64,000 bases of DNA from Eledone cirrhosa. Taxonomy: Eukaryota. Of the stretch, positions 57,794-64,000 are shown in pieces. Positions within the stretch are counted from its first letter, which is position 1, and each line of letters starts with the position of its first letter. The translations under genes were made by a program, and so were the position numbers. Under the pieces are notes generated by a model. It was not told where the DNA came from. It did no database searches and saw only the letters and a program-made list of their open reading frames with translations. Where the stretch lies: positions 5,704,001-5,768,000 of the forward strand of contig OZ024741.1 in the NCBI GenBank assembly GCA_964016885.1, in the 5' to 3' direction.

Positions 57794-58300
57794 TAGAGCC
57801 CTGTTTAGAGGGTAGGTCTATTTTAGCTGAACCCCACAGATCAGATGGTGAAAGTATTACTACAGAAAGAAGCCAGCATCAACCTCTACACCAGCTACAG
57901 CGTGTCACAGTGTCATAAACCCAATCCCAACAACACCTTCCAATGTACACCGCTCCCAAATACACCTCGTGTACATCTTTGACCCCTTGATTGAACCAAG
58001 GGGTCCTCCTGCCTTCTGGTGGCACACCAAACCTCTTTCGCCTGCAGCATTTAACAGTTCAGATAAGCAATGGCAATCAGGAGTGATAATCCCAATTTTC
58101 AAAAAGGGAGACAAGAGAAATTGTTCTAATTACAGAGGGATCTCCTTGTTAAGCGTCCCCGGTAAAGTCTATGCTAAGTGTCTGGCAAAGAGATACAGGG
58201 AGATTGTTGAGTTCAAGCTAGCTGAGGAACAGTGTGGTTTTCACCCTGGATGCAGCACAAGGGAAAAGTGGACATAAAATGATGACGATGATGAGGATGA
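57793..58300 (+). mobile_element. Rearranged, internally deleted RTE-type LINE remnant
   Basis: A probable 5' segment (57793-57895) is shared with 61848-61958. An inverted linker-like peptide RRTPWFNQGVKDV lies at about 57970-58015 (minus strand). It is followed by an RT fragment and a GGAAAAGTGGACATAAAATGATGACGATGATGA tail. Confidence 0.75.
58060..58260 (+). pseudogene. Non-LTR reverse transcriptase N-terminal fragment (RTE-like)
   Basis: WQSGVIIPIFKKGDKRNCSNYRGISLLSVPGKVYAKCL...EEQCGFHPGCST matches the canonical LINE RT motifs IP.FKKGD, NYRGISLL and QCGFR.GRST. Confidence 0.93.
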
Positions 58301-58552
58301 TATATATATATATATATATAGTAATAATAATAAATTTGAAGACTAAAATCCAAAGAGGGCTCGATAAGGATAAATATATATCAAATATATATGAACCGTA
58401 GAGCAAATATTCATTAAAATAACAGATTAAAGCAAAGAATCGCTGCTTTCACCCTTAACGGGATCTTCTGAAACTAACAAAGTCAATCTGTGAACGCAGA
58501 AGTGAATATTTCAAAAAAGTTGCAACTGGAGGAAGACAGGAAGACGATACTT

Positions 58553-58836
58553 TGGTTCGTGGAAACATTCCCGGGCAAAGAACGGGAAAAAACCAATATA
58601 ATACGTCATTAATTGGAGCGGTGAAAAACAATTACACGCAAAGACAGACCCACGTTTATGGTATAAAAGAAGTCGTAGACAAATATTCTATTAGGTGGTT
58701 CATCGAGACGTTCTCAGGCAATGAACGGAAAAAACGAAGATAATACGTCATATGTGGATCCTGGAGAACAATTGCACGCAAAGACAAAACCACGTAAATG
58801 GTATAACTGAAGTCGTAGACTAAAATTCTAACTAGG
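58553..58836. repeat. Two diverged direct copies of a ~143 bp unit
   Basis: TGGTTC...TAATACGTCA...CACGCAAAGACA...ATGGTATAA..GAAGTCGTAGAC...ATTCTA starts at 58553 and 58696. Confidence 0.85.
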
Positions 58837-59176
58837 AAACCGAATAAATCTCCGCTACAGAGTTAAGAACAAAGTAAATAAAATACAGAGGTAATTGAAA
58901 TTAAATAAATACATACATGCATCCATATACGTACATACACAAGCATACGCGAAAACACTCGCCATAGGTATACAAATACACGCACGTACAAAAAAAAAAA
59001 AAAAAAAACCACACGCACATACAGAACCCACGCAACGCCTGTACCCGCACGCATACGAATGTATACACCAAATACACACAAAAATATATATAAAAATATA
59101 TATATTAATACATATATATGTGTGTGTGTGTGTGTGTGCATGTATACATATAATTAAATAAACGTATATAAATAAC

Positions 59177-59665
59177 AAGTAAGTATGTTTTTGAAACAGT
59201 GAGCAGGTTTGAAATTAGAAAATATATAGCTTTCACCGTATTTTTGACTAAAGGAATTTTAGCCTGATAGTGGGGTTTAGAACCCTCAGATAAATGGAAA
59301 AAGACGAGTATTGACGTACATGGGAGTCGAACCCCCATCTTTGGTTATCGCGACCACTGTGCTACCATTACACCAACACATCACCCATCTCTTTCCATTC
59401 AAATTAGAAGCTACATTCTTAGTGAGTTTAAATGGCAAGTAAGTATGTTTTGAAACAGTGAGCAGGTTTGAAATTAGAAAATATATAGCTTTCACCGTAT
59501 TTTTGACTAAAGGAATTTTAGCCTGATAATGGTTATCGCGATAACCAAAGATGTGGGTTCGACTCCCATGTACGTCAATACTCATCTTTTTCCATTTATC
59601 TGAGGGTTCTAAACCCCACTATCAGGCTAAAATTCCTTTAGTCAAAAATATGGTGAAAGCTATGT
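59177..59665. repeat. Compound direct plus inverted repeat carrying a tRNA-like sequence
   Basis: 59177-59268 is repeated directly at 59437-59528. 59538-59665 is the reverse complement of about 59225-59352. Perfect palindrome TGGTTATCGCGATAACCA at 59530-59547. Confidence 0.93.
59312..59382 (-). pseudogene. 71-nt tRNA-like sequence (tRNA pseudogene or SINE head; D-arm resembles tRNA-Gln)
   Basis: GATGTGT TG GTGT AATGGTA GCAC A GTGGT CGCGATA ACCAA AGAT GGGGG TTCGACT CCCAT GTACGTC A folds as a cloverleaf. A-box TGGTGTAATGG, B-box GGTTCGACTCC, and TTTTT about 10 nt downstream. The anticodon loop lacks U33. Confidence 0.75.
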
Positions 59666-59717
59666 ATATAAATAAATAAATACGTATATAACAAGCGCAC
59701 ACACATGCACACACATA

Positions 59718-59719
<2 letters not shown>

Positions 59720-59752
<33 letters not shown>
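59720..59752. repeat. (TA)n microsatellite
   Basis: Seen directly. Confidence 0.95.
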
Positions 59753-59757
<5 letters not shown>

Positions 59758-59907
59758 CCAGGGAGAGTTACGTGCAGTTACTGTATGTTCGCCCAGGTGA
59801 GTACTTGATACTTAGATTCATATATACATGTTCACACATACAGACAGATTTATATATATCTATATATATAGAGTACGAATGAAAAGACAAATAGCTTAGA
59901 TAATAGC

Positions 59908-60058
59908 TACACACATACATACACACACATACATACACACATACATACACACACATACATACACACATACATACAGACACATACATACACACATACATAC
60001 ACACACATACATACACACATATACATACACACACATACATACACACATACATACACAC
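59908..60058. repeat. (CA)n/(CATA)n compound microsatellite
   Basis: Seen directly. It explains the MCVY ORFs. Confidence 0.95.
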
Positions 60059-60089
60059 TCAACTGTGAGGAGATGAAATGCAGGTGGTA

Positions 60090-60390
60090 CACTTGCAATG
60101 GTGAGGCCCTGTGCTTTGACCTGTCAATGTGTTGACCACACAACTTCCTTTGTGAAGCTATGGTCAACAAATTTGGACTACATCTATTCTCTAATCAACA
60201 CAACGCGGGTCAGTGACCTCACACACTGGCTTGAATGATGTCATCAGAAGTGACCTTTACACAATTGGTTTCCCATCCCAACTGGAACCTGCTGACCTCA
60301 ACCATGATGATGGCAAACACTCAGTTCTCCACTCCAGCCATGTCACTTGACCACTGAAGGGAGGTAGACTTCTAATCTGGGGTCCACAGG
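60090..60390 (+). mobile_element. Decayed C-terminal zinc knuckle and restriction-like endonuclease fragment of a CRE-like non-LTR retrotransposon
   Basis: Translates as CNGEALCFDLSMC*PHNFLCEAMVNKFGLHLFS...NAG, then after a frameshift HTGLNDVIRSDLYTIGFPSQLEPADLNHDDGKHS...PLKGGRLLIW. This follows the RLE pattern ALRLG..C.PH.C.CG..VD..G.H.LSC / RH..LND.I / EP..L.R.DGKRPDG / P...G..L.WD, recalled from memory. Confidence 0.8.
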
Positions 60391-61667
60391 TTACAAGTTC
60401 TCCACTCCAGCCATGTCACTTGACCACTGAAGGGAGGTAGACTTCTAATCTGGGGTCCACAGGTTACAAGTTCTCCACTCCAGCCATGTCACTTGACCAC
60501 TGAAGGGAGGTAGACTTCTAATCTGGGGTCCACAGGTTACAAGTTCTCCACTCCAGCCATGTCACTTGACCACTGAAGGGAGGTAGACTTCTAATCTGGG
60601 GCCCACAGGTTACAAGTTCTCCACTCCAGCCATGTCACTTGACCACTGAAGGGAGGTAGACTTCTAATCTGGGGTCCACAGGTTACAAGTTCTCCACTCC
60701 AGCCATGTCACTTGACCACTGAAGGGAGGTAGACTTCTAATCTGGGGCCCACAGGTTACAAGTTCTCCACTCCAGCCATGTCACTTGACCACTGAAGGGA
60801 GGTAGACTTCTAATCTGGGGCCCACAGGTTACAAGTTCTCCACTCCAGCCATGTCACTTGACCACTGAAGGGAGGTAGACTTCTAATCTGGGGCCCACAG
60901 GTTACAAGTTCTCCACTCCAGCCATGTCACTTGACCACTGAAGGGAGGTAGACTTCTAATCTGGGGTCCACAGGTTACAAGTTCTCCACTCCAGCCATGT
61001 CACTTGACCACTGAAGGGAGGTAGACTTCTAATCTGGGGTCCACAGGTTACAAGTTCTCCACTCCAGCCATGTCACTTGACCACTGAAGGGAGGTAGACT
61101 TCTAATCTGGGGTCCACAGGTTACAAGTTCTCCACTCCAGCCATGTCACTTGACCACTGAAGGGAGGTAGACTTCTAATCTGGGGTCCACAGGTTACAAG
61201 TTCTCCACTCCAGCCATGTCACTTGACCACTGAAGGGAGGTAGACTTCTAATCTGGGGTCCACAGGTTACAAGTTCTCCACTCCAGCCATGTCACTTGAC
61301 CACTGAAGGGAGGTAGACTTCTAATCTGGGGCCCACAGGTTACAAGTTCTCCACTCCAGCCATGTCACTTGACCACTGAAGGGAGGTAGACTTCTAATCT
61401 GGGGCCCACAGGTTACAAGTTCTCCACTCCAGCCATGTCACTTGACCACTGAAGGGAGGTAGACTTCTAATCTGGGGTCCACAGGTTACAAGTTCTCCAC
61501 TCCAGCCATGTCACTTGACCACTGAAGGGAGGTAGACTTCTAATCTGGGGTCCACAGGTTACAAGTTCTCCACTCCAGCCATGTCACTTGACCACTGAAG
61601 GGAGGTAGACTTCTAATCTGGGGTCCACAGGTTACAAGTTCTCCACTCCAGCCATGTCACTTGACCA
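60323..61667. repeat. 73-bp near-perfect tandem array, 18.4 copies
   Basis: Unit AGTTCTCCACTCCAGCCATGTCACTTGACCACTGAAGGGAGGTAGACTTCTAATCTGGGG(T/C)CCACAGGTTACA. Only one variable site was seen. Confidence 0.99.
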
Positions 61668-61958
61668 TAAACCCAGACATTGCTGTCTGTAATGGAGAGA
61701 AACAGCAACTGGAACTTGACCACTCTCTTCCTTTCCATACCAGTTGTCAAGATCTCTGGGGTCAGCCATTTCCAAACTGCTGTTTTCATCTGCAAAACTG
61801 GAAGCAGTGCATCCCGCTTGAAGAAAGAACCTTGTGGTGTGGTGTGGCTGGTGTAGAGGTTAATGCTGGCTTCTCTCTGTAATAATACTTTCACCATCTT
61901 ACCTGTGGGGTACCATCTTATCTGTGGGGTATATCCCACCCCCTAAATGGGGCTCTAC
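61640..61958 (-). mobile_element. Interspersed repeat fragment, probably the 5' region of the same RTE-type family as 57793
   Basis: Minus strand GTAGAGCCCCATTTAGGGGG...CCCCACAG..AAGATGGTGAAAGTATTATTACAGAGAGAAGCCAGCATTAACCTCTACACCAGC closely matches 57793-57895 on the plus strand. The RTE assignment is by association only. Confidence 0.6.
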
Positions 61959-61982
61959 AGTCTACTACTCCCTCCTATAAAT

Positions 61983-62131
61983 GTGGTTGGCATTAGGAAG
62001 CGTATTCAGCTGTAAAAAAACAGCCCAAAACAGTCCTATACGAGCGAGACACAGTCACCTGACCCACCTCTAATGGGACAAAACCATGTTACCCATGCTT
62101 GCTGGCATGGAAGATAGATGATGATGATGAT
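61983..62131 (+). mobile_element. 3' part of an octopod SINE with (ATG)n tail
   Basis: GGTTGGCATTAGGAAGCGTATTCAGCTGTAAAA...ACCCATGCT..GCATGGAA...ATGATGATGATGA resembles the abundant Octopus element GGTTGGCGTTAGGAAGGGCATCCAGCTGTAGAAAC...CCCATGCTAGCATGGAAA..GGACGTTAAATGATGATG, recalled from memory. Confidence 0.8.
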
Positions 62132-62136
62132 ATATA

Positions 62137-62390
62137 TCATCATCATCATCACTGTTTTACGTCCGTTCTTCCACACTAGCATGGGTTAGACAGGTTGTCC
62201 TGTAGAGGGGAGTGTCCGGTCGGCTGACCTTGTCTTGCTCATACAGGAACTGATTCTGGCTTGATTTCTACAGCTGGATGCCCTTCCTAACACCAACCTC
62301 ATTTACAGTGAGTGCTGGATGCTTTTTTTCCGAGGTGCCTACACGTCCACTTTACAGTGTGGGCTGGGTGCTTTTTTGCCATGGCACCTC
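62137..62390 (-). mobile_element. Octopod SINE in the opposite orientation, with an internal ~48 bp duplication
   Basis: TCATCATCATC..TTTTACGTCCG..TTCCACACTAGCATGGGTT...TTTCTACAGCTGGATGCCCTTCCTAACACCAACC, followed by TTTACAGTG...TGCTTTTTT twice. Confidence 0.85.
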
Positions 62391-62678
62391 CACGACTACT
62401 TTGCAGTGGGAGGGTGTGGGGCGTATTGTCTATATGCTTCAGCATCGGCTTGTACCCGCAGGGGGTCGGGTCTTCTGTATTACTGCGTGATGCCAGAGGT
62501 CACGGTCGTGTATATGTATATATAATAGAATAATCGCTAATGGCTTTAAAAATACATATTAATTTTATTAAACATGGCAAGTTTTCAAATGTGTTTTCAA
62601 TCCTCACATGAGAACATAAACCAAATATGGCCAACCTTTTAAAGATAGTAACTCTATTATGTGTTCCACCAGCCAACA

Positions 62679-62708
62679 GACTGAGACCATGCTGGGGCAC
62701 TGCCATTG
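62679..62708 (+). mobile_element. Possible short SINE relic
   Basis: GACTGAGACCATGCTGGGGCACTGCC resembles a recalled Octopus repeat motif GACTGCGGCCATGCTGGAGCACCGCC. The match is very short. Confidence 0.3.
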
Positions 62709-62964
62709 TATGTTGACTGGTTTAAATAGCAGAGTGAGCTACTCTGCAGATCTCTGTGCTGGTTTCTTTCTAATATTTATTACTATTTGCTCTTGAATTG
62801 TGTTTTGTACTACTTTTATTGTTTCCTTTAAAGGAATGTTCTTATATTACTGTCACCCCCTGCCTATATCTGTTCTGGATGAATGAACATATACATAGAA
62901 ATCCTTCAGGTGATATATTTCTGAAAATTTACACCATAATCTGTACATATTAATTTCTTACAAA

Positions 62965-63020
62965 CTCACTCTCTCTCTCTCTCTCACACACTATCTCTCT
63001 CCCCCTCTCTCTCTCTCTCT
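62965..63020. repeat. (CT)n microsatellite
   Basis: Seen directly. Confidence 0.9.
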
Positions 63021-63148
63021 TATTATTAATACTTGACACAAGCATGCTTTGTATTATTTTAAAGATATTTATTATATCTTTGGAGGTGATAAATGTCCAC
63101 TTTTTTTTAACTCCAGTGTCTCATATGACCAAATATTTCTATCTCTAG

Positions 63149-63253
63149 GGTCTTATACACTCAACTTCTTGGTGTTCAAGACGTTTGCTGCAGCTGGGCT
63201 GCTAACATCAAAGTTCTTGTCATTGTTGGTGGCTCACCTTACCTAGGTGTCAA
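63149..63253 (+). CDS. Candidate 105-nt internal coding exon (VLYTQLLGVQDVCCSWAANIKVLVIVGGSPYLGV), product unknown
   Basis: Pyrimidine-rich acceptor ATTTCTATCTCTAG|G and donor CAA|GTGAGG. Symmetric phase 2-2 with a single frame open throughout, and higher GC than the upstream flank. No protein family was recognised. Confidence 0.4.
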
Positions 63254-64000
63254 GTGAGGGTGCTTGGTTGTTTCAGCACCTTAGCCTCACCATCACCTCA
63301 CCTTACCTAGGTATTAGGTGAGGGTGCTTGGTTGTTTCAGCACTTTAGCCTCGCCATCAACTCACCTTGCCTAGGTGTCAGGTGAGGGTGCTTGGTTGTT
63401 TCAGCACCTTAGCCTCGCCATCACCTCACCTTATCTAGGTGTCAGGTGAGGGTGCTTGATTGTTTCAACACCTTAGCCTCACCATCACCTCTCCTTATCT
63501 AGGTGTCAGGTGAGGGTGCTTGGTTGTTTCAACACCTTAGCCTCGCCATCACCTCACCTTACCTAGGTGTCAAATGAGGGTGCTTGGTTTTTTCAGCACC
63601 TTAGCCTCGCCATCACCGCACCTTACCTAGGTGTCAGGTGAGGGTGCTTGGTTGTTTCAACACCTTAGCCTCGCCATCACCTCTCCTTATCTAGGTGTCA
63701 GGTGAGGGTGTTTGGTTGTTTCAACACCTTAGCCTCGCCATCACCTCACCTTATCTAGGTGTCAGGTGAGGGTGTTTGGTTGTTTCAACACCTTAGCCTC
63801 GCCATCACCTCACCTTACCTAGTTATCAGGTGAGGGTGCTTGGTTGTTTCAGCACCTTAACCTCGCCATCACCTCACCTTACCTAGGTGTCAGGTGAGGG
63901 TGTTTGGTTGTTTCAGCACCTTAGCCTCGCCATCACCTCACCTTACCTAGTTATCAGGTGAGGGTGCTTGGTTGTTTCAGCACCTTAGCCTCGCCATCAC
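63233..64000. repeat. 64-bp minisatellite, at least 12 copies, truncated by the right window edge
   Basis: Unit CTCACCTTACCTAGGTGTCAGGTGAGGGTGCTTGGTTGTTTCAGCACCTTAGCCTCGCCATCAC. Confidence 0.98.

Noticed and set aside
57969-58277. Active retrotransposon or domesticated RT gene
   Set aside because: Only about 65 codons of the RT N-terminus are present, with no catalytic YADD-type motif, flanked by rearranged pieces.
58855-59180. ORFs of 88-107 aa on both strands
   Set aside because: They come from low-complexity CA/TA-rich sequence and poly-A with no domain signal.
59312-59382. Functional tRNA-Ser(CGA)
   Set aside because: It has no U33, a pyrimidine at position 37, no long variable arm, several G-U pairs and mismatches in the stems, and it is embedded in a rearranged repeat.

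Overview
Eukaryotic (animal) genomic DNA, most likely from an octopod cephalopod. That assignment is an inference from two recognisable copies of the common Octopus SINE with (ATG)n tails near 62 kb. About 88% of the window is tandem repeat: a 43-47 bp minisatellite (1-10010), a 42.7 kb array of mixed 28/33 bp units with nested kb-scale duplications (13163-55829) joined directly to a 59 bp array (55826-57583), a near-perfect 73 bp array (60323-61667) and a 64 bp array running off the right edge. The remainder is microsatellites, a 200-N scaffold gap, decayed non-LTR retrotransposon pieces (RTE-type and CRE-type), SINEs and a tRNA-like sequence caught in a fold-back inversion. No complete gene can be supported, and nearly all ORFs in the track are repeat artefacts. 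The most notable pattern is that arrays grow out of adjacent single-copy sequence. Several contain splice-site-like motifs next to possible exons, and one is built from retrotransposon coding sequence. The exon readings are hypotheses that need RNA-seq or homology evidence.
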